Origin: Podarcis gaigeae
Taxonomy: Eukaryota
Length of the DNA stretch: 64,000 nt
Assembly: GCA_964106915.2 (NCBI GenBank)
Contig: OZ066914.1
Direction: 5' to 3' (one strand)
In this document: piece by piece, positions 12,218-24,325 of the stretch
Layout of the letters: each line of letters begins with the position of its first letter
Numbering within the stretch: position 1 is the first letter of the stretch
Notes under the pieces: generated by a model
What the model saw: the letters and a program-made list of their open reading frames with translations, nothing else
What the model was told of the DNA's origin: nothing
Databases searched by the model: none
Translations under genes and position numbers: made by a program

Positions 12218-13868
12218 TCAGGATATAAGAGCTTGCACGTTCTTAAGGGCTGCGTCCGGATCCGCCTTGTGTAGCATGAAGTGGCCTTGGACTTGCGCGG
12301 CACTGATCCGATCAGAGGCAGACACAGCCTCTTTGGCAAACTCCTCGGCTGCAGCTGCTGGCTGGTCTGGGTAGAACCTCTGGAACATACGCCCGAGCTG
12401 CCACTCTGAGCAGTACCCTACGTACTGCTTCAGGTCCACCCGGCCAGGGCGAACTAGGGCTGGATCGAGCCTGCAGGGAAAGAGGAGAAGACAAATGAGG
12501 CTCAGCAAATGCTCAGGTGGGAAATATGGTTCTCTATGCTCCTCTCACTTGGGGTATCATCTCCTTGTTCTCTCTCCAACCCCAAGAAGATACAGGGCTA
12601 GGGGAATCTGCTCTCCCCTTTATTTTTTTTGAGCTACTCTCTAAAAGAATATAGAGTAACAGTGCCTTGTAATTTAACTACACCCACGTCTTGCTGCACT
12701 CACCCATCATGCTCCTCTTTCTCCATACCTGCCAAGTTACCCATCCCCTCCTACAATCTCAGAGGAGCCTGCATGGAACCAGGAACAGTAAACAAGGACA
12801 GAACCAGATCTTCAGCTTCTGTGTTAAATGCTGCAAACCAGCATGACCAAAGGAGGCAGAAGTCCATATGTATATATACCCCAGACCACTCCCTAGCAAG
12901 CATGACCCCAGTGTTACCCAAAGCCTTACCCAGCCAGTTTTAACTGGCTGACCCTGTCTGCTGAGCATTTGCTATTCTACCCTGCACATGACTCCTTCAG
13001 CACCAGGCTTACATGGCTGGCAGAGTCCTGTGCTTGTGGGAGAGGATGTGTCACAGGTCTTGGAGACTACAAGAGCCCCAAGATAAGATTCTCTTCCGTC
13101 TTCTCCTATAGTATCATCTTCTGGAACAGGAAGTGTGTCTTCATTCCTGCTGCCTTCCTCCTTTTTATACTTAAAATAGTTACCAGCTCGTCCCCAGAAA
13201 GGCAGACTTTGCCTCATAAAGACAGCACTTCCAAGGGGTGGGACACAAACTGCCCTCCTCTGTTACTCGCTGCAATCTCCTTCTTGACTGAGTTACAAGG
13301 AAGCTCATGGAGTTGCCTTGTGTGAGCTAGGGATGGACGGATCAGTTTATTTGGGGTCCATGTCCAAAGTGTTACAGGTGTTAAGCCTGCTCTGTTGCTT
13401 TTCCACTTTAAGATCTGTATTTTTTTAATTTAAAAAATCCATTCAAAAATTCGTATTTAAAAATGCATTTTATTATAAATGCATATTTAAATAGTATTTA
13501 TCACAGGGTATGCATCTCTAAATGCATTTCCTCCTAAAAAAAAATAATCTTAATGCATTTTGGGAACCAAGGACTGTATTGCAAAATTTGGAGGAGTGGG
13601 GAAGCTGAAGGATAATTGTGAATTCGTTTGGGAGGTACAAATTTGGCTAGCTTGCTTGAAAATGCAGACAAAACAAAACTCCCCTCCACCCCTAGCTTGT
13701 CTTCACCTCAAAAACACCAATGGAGACATCTTAGGCACTGTGTTACTTGAGGAATCCTTGGTCCCACCAAGGGGACCAAAGTGGCCTACCACCAAAGGGA
13801 CTCCATTTGCAGGCTTCCTCCCAGCCACTGAGCGGTGAAGTAGGCTGATTTGCTGGAATACTGGTCCT

Positions 13869-13902
<34 letters not shown>

Positions 13903-16900
13903 CTGTGTAGCTGTTTCCCTGGCAAAACAACAGTCCTGCTCCTGTCTGCGTTTGGGCTACCGAGGGATTCAAAAATCTGCCTCAGGGGATACCTAACTTC
14001 TCCTCGTGGCATGCTTTGGCACCAAATGTGAGAGGGTTGAGTGGAATGGGTTGGGTGAGGTTATCATGGTGTTAGTGTCCTCACCACATGCCGGCTGGTG
14101 GTTTCAATGCGTCACCAGTGTGGGACTTCATGTTGTGAGGGGAAGGTGATGAAGGAATTTCTCTATGGGACTGTCAGTTGTTGCTACATCGTCTCCTTCC
14201 CCTCCCCCTTTCCCCTTCCTACTTCTGTTACAACAGTTTTGATTTAGCTGCTAGAGGAATGTAGAATCCTAAACCACTGTAGACTCCAGCCCCTCAGCCA
14301 CTACCTTCCTTGGGTGCCATTAAATGATCATTCCCAAGCAAAAGGTTATCTTCTGCAGCTAACAACCTCTCTATCTGCCCCCATTTTCTGTGCAATGCTT
14401 CTGACCTGTCCACATAATTGGTGGTCATGAATACGATCCTTGCTTCGGAGGAAGCCACACCATCCAATGCGTTGAGAAGGCCACTGAAAGTCAGGCGTCC
14501 CATGCCTTGGTATGCGCTGGGGTCTGGAGGGAAACACAGCGGCACAGAGACAGCTCAGAGGGAGACACTATAGGTGCAGTTGTGACTAAGGGCTGCCCAA
14601 ATTCTGTCTATAGCCTTCCAGGGGAAGGGCAACAATCCCACTGTTGTGGTCTTATGTTACAGTAGTACCAGCTTTATGCTCCCTGCCTGATGTGCAGTGG
14701 TTTGCGAAATGTTCCTGACACACTGCTGTCCAAATAGATACATGAAGGGGTCAGAGAAAATCATGCCACCTGGTGGCAAAATGCAAGTCGATAGAAAGCA
14801 GGACAATAAACAGTCAGGATCCTATGTCAAAAGAAGGCTGGCAAAAAGAAGTGCCTCTAGGATCTCTGCTGGCGAATCTCTTCCATAATAATAATAATAA
14901 TAATAATAATTTATTATTTATACCCCGCCCATCTGGCTGGGCCTCCCCAGCCACTCTGGGCGGCTTCCATAAAAACCAAAAATACAGTAAAATATCACGT
15001 TAAAAATTTCCCTGAACAGGGCTGCCTTAAGATGTCTTCTGAATGTCAGGTAGTTGTTTATCGCTTTGACATCTGCTGGAAGGGCGTTCCACAGGGTGGG
15101 CGCCACTACCGAGAAGGCCCTCTGCCTGGTTCCCTGTAGCTTTGCTTCTCGCAATGAGGGAACTGCCAGAAGGCCCTCGGCGCTGGACCTCAGCGTCCGG
15201 GCAGAATGATGGGGGTGGAGACGCTCCTTCAGGTATACTGGACCGAGGCCGTTTAGGGCTTTAAAGGTGAGCACCAACACTTTGAATTGTGCTCGGAAAC
15301 ATACTAGGAGCCAATGTAGGTCTTTCAAAAGATGTAAATCTGTCCCCAAGCGCCTGTCTTGTTTCAAGTCTCTCTTTGTATATGGATAACTGATTTGGAA
15401 TAGGTGTCACATTAAAGCCTGCAGATAATTATTTATCATTATATTTATTCAATCTATTGGTAGCTTGCTACGTAAAAAGTATCGAAGTAACTCACAAAGT
15501 TTTAAAGACATAAAGCAAAAAAACAACAACACTCAATAAGAAGGATCTAAGTAACTCACAAAATTTTAAAGACATAAAGCAAAAAAAAAAAAACTCAATA
15601 AGAAGAAAAGAGAGCAATACGTTGCAATTAAAAAGAAACTGTACAAAAATCCAGAGAACAGACACAGTAAAGCAGCAGGGGGGGAAACTTGGCAACAAAG
15701 CATATCATCCAGCAAATCATCACCATCTGTCAAATACCTGAGTTAAGTTTTTACCTGGTGCCAAAAGAATTTTAATGATGGCTCCAGGAGGACCCCACTG
15801 TGAAGAGCATTCCACAAGTGGGGAGCCCTGACTGGAACACCCTCTTCCTTGTCACCACACTCCAGACCTCCCTCAGAGTGGGCATTAGTAGGAGGATAAA
15901 AAAATCGAAGGGTCTGGGTAGGTTCATAAGGGAAGACATTTTCTAAAAGACATTGGTGTCCTGAGTCATTGACCCCTCTTTGTCAGCACCACGTCACCAA
16001 CCCAAATCCCATTGCAAAGTGCAGCTTGGAGGAAGGAGCTGCTATTCAGCTCTCATTCCCCCCACAATTAGCTTGGGAAAGTTGCTGCGGTGAAGCACTT
16101 AATCAGGATGTCTCCACAGAGTTACAACACAGGGGTGATGAACGCTTGGTCCCAGCTCAGTCAGAGGCAGCAGAAAAGGGCAGCCTGGAACAAAAGAGTG
16201 GGGAGGCGCCATCTGCCTGTCACTCACTTTCGGCAGCAAGATCCCGGCTGACGAAAGCAGCGTCCACGTCCTCCAGGAGGATGATGCTCTGTTGAGGAGC
16301 TACGCTCAGGAGGTGGTTAAGACGATCGTCAGAGAGGCTGCGGTCGCTCAGGCTCAGGAGACAGATGCTGTACTGAAGTTCTCCGGCAAGGGCTGTGCTG
16401 TGATAGACAAAGGACAATGTTTCCACTGAAGAAAACTATGACAACACCTTGTGCAAAGGTGTAAGCTGTAGGGAGTGATTCCTGACCAGGAGCTGCACAA
16501 GGTGCCCAGGGAGGTACCCTCAGAGACTGTATCCATGGTCAACAACTTTGAGAAAAGGGGGTTTTTTGGGGGGGAAGGAAAGCTGAGGACATGGTACTCA
16601 CATGAAACTGCTCTTTCCACAACCTGGGGGCCCGTACAGCAGGTATCCTCTCCGATAGGGGATTCCTACAGACAAAGAGGCTAGTCAAAAGGCAGAAAAC
16701 TCAGCCTATTCCAACTTCTTATGAAATCTGAGCTACCATCATCACACCCGAGAATAAGAATGAGCTGATCGATGATTCCTTGACCTCACTCCATAGTGGC
16801 CAATTCCAGCTGCTGATAAAGAAATATATTGCACAGGGCTCTGACAGAGTACCCAGTTTCCTGCCACCCTAAAGGTTTAGGGCACCCTGAACAAAAGCAC

Positions 16901-19054
16901 TACTTTAACCAACTTGGCCAACAGTTGATACAAAATATTGTGGCAAATGCCAGAAACTTAGTGAATGTTTGGTTTTCAGTACTTGGCTGTGCAGAGACTA
17001 GCCAGGACAGTCTCTTTCGCAGAAAGTAAGGGATAGTTCCTAATTCTCAAGGATTGGGACTATGCAGGGGCTGTTGTAGACACTGCAATGAGGTAAGAAG
17101 AGGCTTCCTGCTGTACTCATAAGAAGAGAGAGGCATCATCACAGTTGGGAGTCCAAAGCAGGAAGAAGGCGCAGACAGTTTGGAAATGACAGGGATGCAG
17201 AAGGCAGCAGAGATGCCTTTGTGCGCAATAGCAGAGGGCATTGAGAATGATAATCTGGGCTAAATAATGGGATATGCTGGCTCCGTAAGTGGCATCCCAC
17301 CTGCCATTATTTAGCTCATAAAGGAAAAGCTCAGGTTGTGAGGGTATCTGAATGTCACTCCCTGAAAAGTAAACTCACCTCGATCAATGTACCACTTGGG
17401 GTTACCAGTGAACTCTTTCACATCCTGCACAATTCTCTCGGACACTCCTTTCTCAAGCACTACAGAGGTGAGCGGACGCCGACGTCGTGGGAAACCAAAT
17501 GGCCGCCATTCAGCCCCCATGGCTGTGTACATCACCGTCTTTCCTTCTTGCTGCCTCAGAGCCAATTCTTTGGCTGCAGAGAAAGGAACAAAGCTCAGGA
17601 AAGGGAGCTAACTGCTTAGAGAGCCAGTGTGGTGTAGTGGTTAAGAGTCTCATAATCTGGGGAACCGGGTTCGTGTCTCCGCTCCTCCACATGCAGCTGC
17701 TGGGTGACCTTGGGCCAGTCATACTTCTTTGAAGTCTCTCAGCCCCACTCACCTCACAGAGTGTTTGTTGTGGGGGAGGAAAGGAAAGGAGAATGTTAGC
17801 CGCTTTGAGACTCCTTCGGGTAGTGATAAAGCGGGATATCAAATCCAAACTCTTCTAACTGCCCATCTGGATACAGATGGGAAGGAGGTAGAGGGAAATC
17901 GCCTGTCTGCTAAATATAACAAAGAAGCAAGGAAGCATCACCAAAGAGAATGTGTCAATTTGGAGGATAGCCCCAGCTCTAAGTAGGGGTACTTAAGGAA
18001 CTGGAGTTCTGTGAACTCTGATGCAGAGTGATATAATTTGTACCTCCTGGAATCAGGTGCAGAACAGAACATAACTAGCCATCAGACTTTGGCCTTCTCT
18101 AAATTTTGAAATAGTTTTCAGTTCAAAAAATGCCCAAAGGCATGCAAAATGCATACCGTAATTTGGAATAAAATACATTTAGAAATCCATACAATGAGCT
18201 ACAATCATAGCTACTTCATAAAAATATATTTAGGTATGTATTTAAACATGATTTTTTGCATATTTGCTTTTTTTAAATTGCAGATAATGCAGAAACAGGA
18301 TGGAATGGACTTACTAAAGAACACATGTAAAACAAACCTGGGCCCAGAAATAGACTGATCTATTCATCCCTAGTGCCAACATCATCATTAAATGTATTAC
18401 CCACCCTTGCCAGCAAGCACCACTACAACCAAGGAGAGCTATTGTACCTTCCTGCAGGATGTTGAAGAAAACTTCTCTGTTGCTACCAATTGCTGTGAAG
18501 GTGACAGATTCCCAGGGGGTGCCCGTATGCAGGTCAATCATTTGTTTCTCCCGGTTCCGTTCAATGCGGATCCACTTCCTTTTATACCTGGAAGCAGAGC
18601 AGGGAACATGTGAACAGGAACTGGTGGTGGGGAGACAACTGGATGAGCAAGCGTGCAATATTCATGACCACCACTTCCTTATTAGCCTTGCAATACTTCT
18701 GCCCATCCCAAAGACGTTCCATGGCCTCACTTACCAAATGAAATGGTTCCCAGGGCTGGGGATAAAGTCAAACTTGGTACTGATACGGCCACTCTCATGC
18801 TGCAGGTATGAGGTCTCCACGCTCAGGTGCTGGGTGTGCTTTGCATGGTGAGAGATCCAGCTCAGCAGCCAGTGGTAACTCTTGTCCTTGCTTGGCACCT
18901 CTAGGGTGATCATACAATGCCGCCTGAAAGCCACCAAGCCAAGCTGTGCCCCTTTACGGGCCAGGGCCAAGGCTGTACCTACACCCACCAGGCCAAAGCC
19001 TGCTCCAAAGTATGGATTGTCCTTCAGGGCCGAGACAAAGTCAGAAAAGGGCAT
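12218..19054 (-). CDS. BCS1L: Mitochondrial AAA chaperone BCS1L (complex III Rieske protein translocase); complement(join(12218..12470,14406..14523,16228..16397,16602..16665,17379..17573,18448..18587,18735..19054)), 1260 nt, 419 aa
   Basis: [35 protein letters not shown]...; Walker A GPPGCGKS, Walker B ILLEDVD, SRH TTN...[10 protein letters not shown]. All introns GT-AG, frame intact, same length as human BCS1L as I recall it. Confidence 0.98.
13871..13901. repeat. (GT)15 microsatellite
   Basis: Read directly. Confidence 0.95.
14885..15327 (-). mobile_element. L2-clade LINE 3' fragment, young
   Basis: Uninterrupted ORF2 C-terminus [27 protein letters not shown]...[15 protein letters not shown]...[10 protein letters not shown], followed by a 3' UTR and (TTA)n tail. 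Confidence 0.9.
15485..15605. repeat. Tandem duplication, 2 x 64 bp
   Basis: AAGTAACTCACAAA.TTTTAAAGACATAAAGCAAAAAAA...ACTCAATAAGAAG starts at 15485 and again at 15549. Confidence 0.9.
17618..17854 (+). mobile_element. tRNA-derived squamate SINE (Squam3-like) in a BCS1L intron
   Basis: A box TGGTGTAGTGG, B-box-like GGGTTCGTGTC, CORE-like GGGTGACCTTGGG; TSD CTAACTGC at 17608-17615 and 17855-17862. Confidence 0.8.
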
Positions 19055-19244
19055 TGTTGTGGGTGGGAAAATAACTCCAGTGCTAAAGAGCCATTCCTAG
19101 CAGCATTTCTTCTAAACACCACAACAACACATGGAGAGAAAGAGAAAAAAAACAACAAATTAATTATAATGATATGGGTGGCAAGTATATTGGTCACCTA
19201 ATTACTTCTTCCAGAAGACGAGCTTTATTGACAAATTCTCTTTA

Positions 19245-19382
19245 ACCTGGGTGTGAGGAACTTTGACCCTCCAGATGTTGCTGAACTACAACTCCTTCCC
19301 TGGCCATTGGCTATGCTTGCCAGGGCTGATGGGAGTTGGAGTTCAGCAACATCTGGAGAGCCAAAGTCTCACCACACCTGCT
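19245..19382. mobile_element. Short palindromic squamate MITE (ACTACAACTCCC family); related copies near 38005-38145, 38170-38275, 41530-41645, 45010-45135, 51200-51325, 55700-55822, 60905-61030
   Basis: Internal inverted repeat CTCCAGATGTTGCTGAACT / AGTTCAGCAACATCTGGAG; several diverged copies across the window. Confidence 0.7.
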
Positions 19383-20037
19383 TTAGCCTCTTCCATGCTA
19401 CCTTATTTTAGCAAAATAAATACCCTGGCAGATCCCTCCCCACTGTAAAACCAGAATACAAGTAATTATGCATACATACTCACAAATTCAGCTTCCCTCT
19501 CTATAGTAGTAGTTTGAAAGATTGCAAGGCAAGGCTGCCGCCATTTTGGCTTGTGTAAAAAAACCTGGATATTCCCTAGCTTGCTTTTGTCAGTGTAATC
19601 TGGAAAAATTGGTGAAATTGCACTCTGTGCTTGGGCCGTGTCTTCAGCAGCCCATTCCCCATGCTGTTAAGTTAGCACACCGGCTTCACTGGGTGGCTTA
19701 AAATAGTCGAAGGCTAAATGCCTGGAGCATCACTCATTCATCTTCTCTTTCTCTAATGTGTGTATGTGCAGAGATGGATATAAAGCCAAGGCTGCAGCAG
19801 CATTGGCAGGAGTATGAGGTATTCACTGAGAAGAGGTTTTGCTCGGTGCAAGGTACCAGCAGAGAAGCTGAAGGTTACATGCTGTGTGGTTCCCTATAGC
19901 ATGCTGAGCTCGTTAGCATTCTTGCTCCGTGCTTGCAGTCATGGGATTGTTTTATGTTACATGACGGTGTATGTTTTCATTCCAGAGTGTGGGAAGTGGC
20001 GGAGACGGAGCTAGTATGGTAAAGTTTTACTTCTAAT

Positions 20038-20277
20038 TAGTCAAACCTTGGTTGTCGAACATAATCCATTCTGGAAGACCGTTCAACTTCCGAAATGTTT
20101 GATAACCGAGGTGTGGCTTCTGATTGGTTGCAAGAGCTTCTTGCACTCAAGTGGAAGCTGTGTCAGATGTTTGGGTTCCAAAAACGTTCAAAAACTGGAA
20201 CATTTACTTTCAGGTTTTCAGCATTTGGAAGCCAAAGCATATGGTAACAGAGGTGTTTGGGAACCAGGATTTGACTG
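20038..20277. mobile_element. Tigger/pogo-like MITE, diverged
   Basis: TIR AGTCAAACCTTGGTT / AACCAGGATTTGACTG then TA; internal sequence shared with the 44719-44968 element. Confidence 0.65.
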
Positions 20278-21099
20278 TATAGTAGAATAGTTCATGATGT
20301 ACCAGCATCTCTTAAAAGTTTATGTAGCTAGGGTGTTTATGCTTATCTTAAACACAATAAACACTTTATACTTTGAATTGAACTGAATGGGGAAGAAGTC
20401 TTCTTAACCAGGAATTCTATCTGCTTTCTCCACATCATACATAATTTTATATAACATGTTCCCCTTTACCTGTTTTTTTCCTGAACTAACGTCCCCGTCC
20501 CCACCCCCACCATTGTAGCTCTTTATCATAGGGAAGTTGCTCAATTTGGACTGCCCTTTTCTAGCTCAAATGCTTAGGCATGCCCAATGAAGTTTTTGAT
20601 TTATTGGGCAGACCCCCTCCCCATGCCACCACAATCAAATTTTGAAAGGTCACTCAAAAGTAGCTTGTTGTGTGGCCCAGAAAGCTAGAGAAACATAACT
20701 CGGCAACTAGTTACTCCGCCAAATACATGGGGGCCGAATAGTAAATCAATCATATTTTGCAGCTCATATTCACTTTGAATTTCTTCTGTTTGAGTTAGCA
20801 TTTTGTCTGCTCTGCGGAGCTTGCTGTTTATTTCCAATAGCATTTGTGGAAAGTAGAAACTGAACTGATGCTCTCTGAAAATTTTCATTACTTGTGTGTG
20901 TGTGTTTTTTGGAAAGTCAGCCACAGTCCAAATGTTGGTTGCTGCTCTGGAAACATCTGCCTACCACGACTAGAGATAGGAAAATTTATAATACTTTTCT
21001 CCACACTTTTAAAAGGGGTGCGATGCTGAGGAGGAAACCTCTCTATGGGGTTAAGTCCCATTGAGTCCAATGGAACTGTCTCCCGGCTGAAATGATGCA

Positions 21100-22100
21100 G
21101 GGTCTCAGGCTCAATTTCCCGTCTCGAAAGGAGAATCGTCTGAACCCGCCGCCCTTTTCTCTTGCAGCACTTAATCGCCCCCATAGCATCAAGAAGGTCC
21201 TTTCCTTCGTGCCCCCTTCCACACGCCCGGCATAAAGGAACAACACCCGCAGAGTGGAACACGCTCTCCACGCATTAAAGACCTCACCTCCGGGTAGCGC
21301 CTCTCTTGCCTTGCTTTTCTCTATGGTTCTTTGACCGGAAACAATTCTTTTCTCTACTCTATCGTCCCCCTAGATATAGAGATATGAAAAGAGTTGCAGT
21401 AAACTTATACTGTAAATGTATAAACTTATAAATGTATATTAGCATAAATATCATTTGATGATGATTCTCTACAAATGCATAATGACAGTCGTTTTGACAT
21501 CTTCGGGGTGAATCCTCTATCTTGCAGTAGGGACAAGAATTCGATCCTAAATCAGAAGTTATGATAAGGGTAGTGTGCAACTCTTACTTTTTCTATCTCT
21601 ACGATAACCCCCAGCTTCAGAAGGCGGAAGTTGGACCGAAGTCGGCATTTCCGTCTGTGACAGCAGACCGGACGCGTTTTCCGGCACTCTATGGTCCCTG
21701 AGGGAGCGTTACGTGTCTATATTTTTCCTTCGCGGTCACGCCAACCCAACCATTTGCCTGCCTGCCTGGGTTCTGGACTTGCGAGGTGAAGATTAACCCC
21801 TTTAAAGCGGTTACGGCAATCCCTGGAAGTCGCTCTGGAAAGCTTCCCTTTATGGTGCCGCCTCTGGTCCTGGAACGTCAGTCAGCAGTTACCATAGAGT
21901 TGCGGTGTGGGAGCGGGCTCTGGGCGGCACAAAGCGGGGAGGGGGGATGAGTCTCGTTCTTCCTGGGGGGGCGGAGAAGTGAAAGGAAGAGCTTTTGTTT
22001 TGTTTTAAGTGGAATGGGGCCGTGGGGCTCCTCGTTGGCCTAGGAAGGCGGTGGACAAGCAAACCAAAGAGGGAAAGGGAAGGAGGTGCCCGGTGGTGAG
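21100..22100. promoter_or_regulatory. Bidirectional CpG-island promoter of BCS1L and ZNF142, with candidate non-coding first exons
   Basis: CpG-rich between two divergent genes; ETS/GABP-type GGCGGAAGT and TTTCCGG sites at about 21620-21685; minus-strand donor GAG|GTGAGG at 21288 (BCS1L exon 1 candidate); plus-strand donor GTG|GTGAGT at 22095 (ZNF142 exon 1 candidate). Confidence 0.75.
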
Positions 22101-22689
22101 TTGACTTGGGTGGGCCCTCCAAGACTCTCACGGCATAGCTGTCAACTTTTCCCTTTTCTTGCGAGGAATCCTATTCGGAATAAGGGAATTTCCCTTAAAA
22201 AAAGAAAAACGTTGACAGCTATGTCTCACAGGGGTGCAAGGAAGGCAAAAGGTGCACCCAGAGACTCATTGGCCCCCTAATGCTGTTGTATGTGTGCTTT
22301 GTAATGGGGTTGGGGCGGGCGGGTCATGGCCTGAAAAGGAAGGGGCCCCCACAGGGCTAAGCTGAGCCCTGGAGTTGGTTACTGGCCATTCTGCGTCAGG
22401 CATCCTCGTTCATCCTTTCCCTTAAAATATCCGTATTTTTCTCTCTCTCTCTCTTCCCTTGCACTTCAGAGAGCAGTAAAGATGGCCCACGCCTGGCACT
22501 GGGAGCCTGAACGGCTGCAGAAGAAGCCCACCAGGAGGAGGAGAGGAAACCGGGTGTGTAAGTTCAGCCTCATTGTTTTAAAGCCTGCTTCACCACCCAG
22601 TCAGGTGGCTAGATTCCTGCAGGGCTGCTTTACCCCAGCTAGTTGGGATCACTTGCCAGCTGCTATCCAAAAACATGCAGGAGAGGGGA

Positions 22690-23030
22690 TATGGTAAGAT
22701 GTGTATAAAACGATGCATGGTGTAGAGAAGGCAAACAGAACCATGTTTTTCTCCTTCTCTCCTATAATTGGAGCCTGGGGTCATCTAACGGAGCTGAAGG
22801 ATAGGAGATTCAGGATATATAGAAGGAAGGACTTCTTTATACAATGTGTAATTAAGGTATGGAACTCACTGCCACAATATGTAGTGGTAGCCAGTAGCTC
22901 GTGTTACTTTAAAAAGGGAGCTAAACAAATTCACAGACAATAAGGCTATTAGTGGCTTCTAGGTGTGATGGCTATATTTTGCCTCTAGGTTCAGGGATAT
23001 CATGTTTCTAAATACTGTTTACAGGGGAAC
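22690..23030 (+). mobile_element. CR1 LINE 3' fragment
   Basis: Peptide GHLTELKDRRFR..RRKDFFIQCVIKVWNSLPQYVVVA resembles the CR1 ORF2 C-terminus. Confidence 0.75.
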
Positions 23031-24325
23031 AACAGTGGGCAAAAGTTTGGCAGAAGCTGACAGGACTTTTAATTCTAAATGGGCAGTGCCCTTCATTTTT
23101 TCTGGAAGTTTTGTTAATCATAGAAATAACTATATCATCAAGCATACATGGCACTTGCATATCTAGCACGCTGTTACCTATGTTAATTTGGTCTGGAATC
23201 TTTCCTCTAAACAGTCTTGGGCATGATTATCTGAAGATGCATGCCAAAATGATTAGGTAACATATTTGTGAGTTTTACTGTGTGCCAGTAGGCAGTTCTG
23301 TGTGCTGTTCTTACAGGAAGCAAATTCAAACCCCCCAAATGTATGTCCCAATGTGAGTCTAATCCTGAAAATTAGCTTTTCATCCAGTTACAACTGCCCA
23401 TCTCTGAGCCAGGTTTATCTGGAATGAATGCAGTGGAGTTCAGCTGTATGTGAAACTATTACCAAGGTGTTTAGACTCCAAGATTTGAAGAAAGAAATCT
23501 GGAGAGAGTGTTCCTATTGATTAAAGTACTGGGCTTTACACAGGAAGAATTAACATACCTTTACCAGCTAGAGTGAAAAAGATCAGCTTGGTATTATATA
23601 TATAATCTAGTACAGGAAGAAGTCTGCAGGATTGTAGTGTTGGGCTCTGCTGTGTTGCTAAAGCAGAACATTCTGCATATTGGTTCTGGGATGTAATATG
23701 TTTTGCAGTAATGGAGATGCTTTTAACTGAGCTAATAGAAGACAGTAGACTGTGCTGGCCAGTGGATGTAGACTGGCAAAACCTCTTCAGGCTGTGAGGG
23801 TAGGCTGCAAATAACCCAATAAATTGCTATCTTATCTAATGGTAGAGCAAGCCCCATTATGTTTTGACAGCCTAGATGCAGTGATAAAGACTATCAAAGT
23901 GTTTTCAGCTCTAAATTCTTCAGCAGTTTGCCTTAAGCCTCCATACAGTTGGTTTTAGTCTATTCCAGACTTGATTTTAAAAACCACTGACATAGCTGCA
24001 TAAACTTTCATCTTTCCTCTGTGCTTCTCTTCTCCAGGAAAGTAAATCTGCGAATGTCCTGAATTTTCCCATCCTGAACCAAATACTGTCCTGTTGAGCT
24101 TTCTGCTTAAGCAGACATAGTTGCCAACTCCAATAGCTGCCTAATACTAACAAAGCTAACAGTTAATATTGGGCATTACAAAACCACCCCATACTCATTT
24201 ATTTTGAAAAACTTAATCCTTGGTTGCTTCTCTTCAGGAAAGCAATGATACCATTTTCTTGCTATGTTTTTAACAGGAGCTGTGCCCCACTTTATGTCAT
24301 GGTGCAAGGCTACACTGAGGAGTGA

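Noticed and set aside
14918-15367. 149-aa ORF as a nested host gene
   Set aside because: It is the C-terminus of a truncated L2 LINE ORF2.
19740-20370. TATA-like TATAAAG and a downstream AATAAA suggesting an LTR or small antisense gene in BCS1L intron 1
   Set aside because: No defined termini, TSD or credible ORF; interrupted by a MITE.
22470-22557. Possible extra N-terminal coding exon of ZNF142 (ATG 22482, donor 22558)
   Set aside because: Splicing to 24277 creates an immediate TGA, so at most it is a 5' UTR exon with a uORF; unverifiable here.
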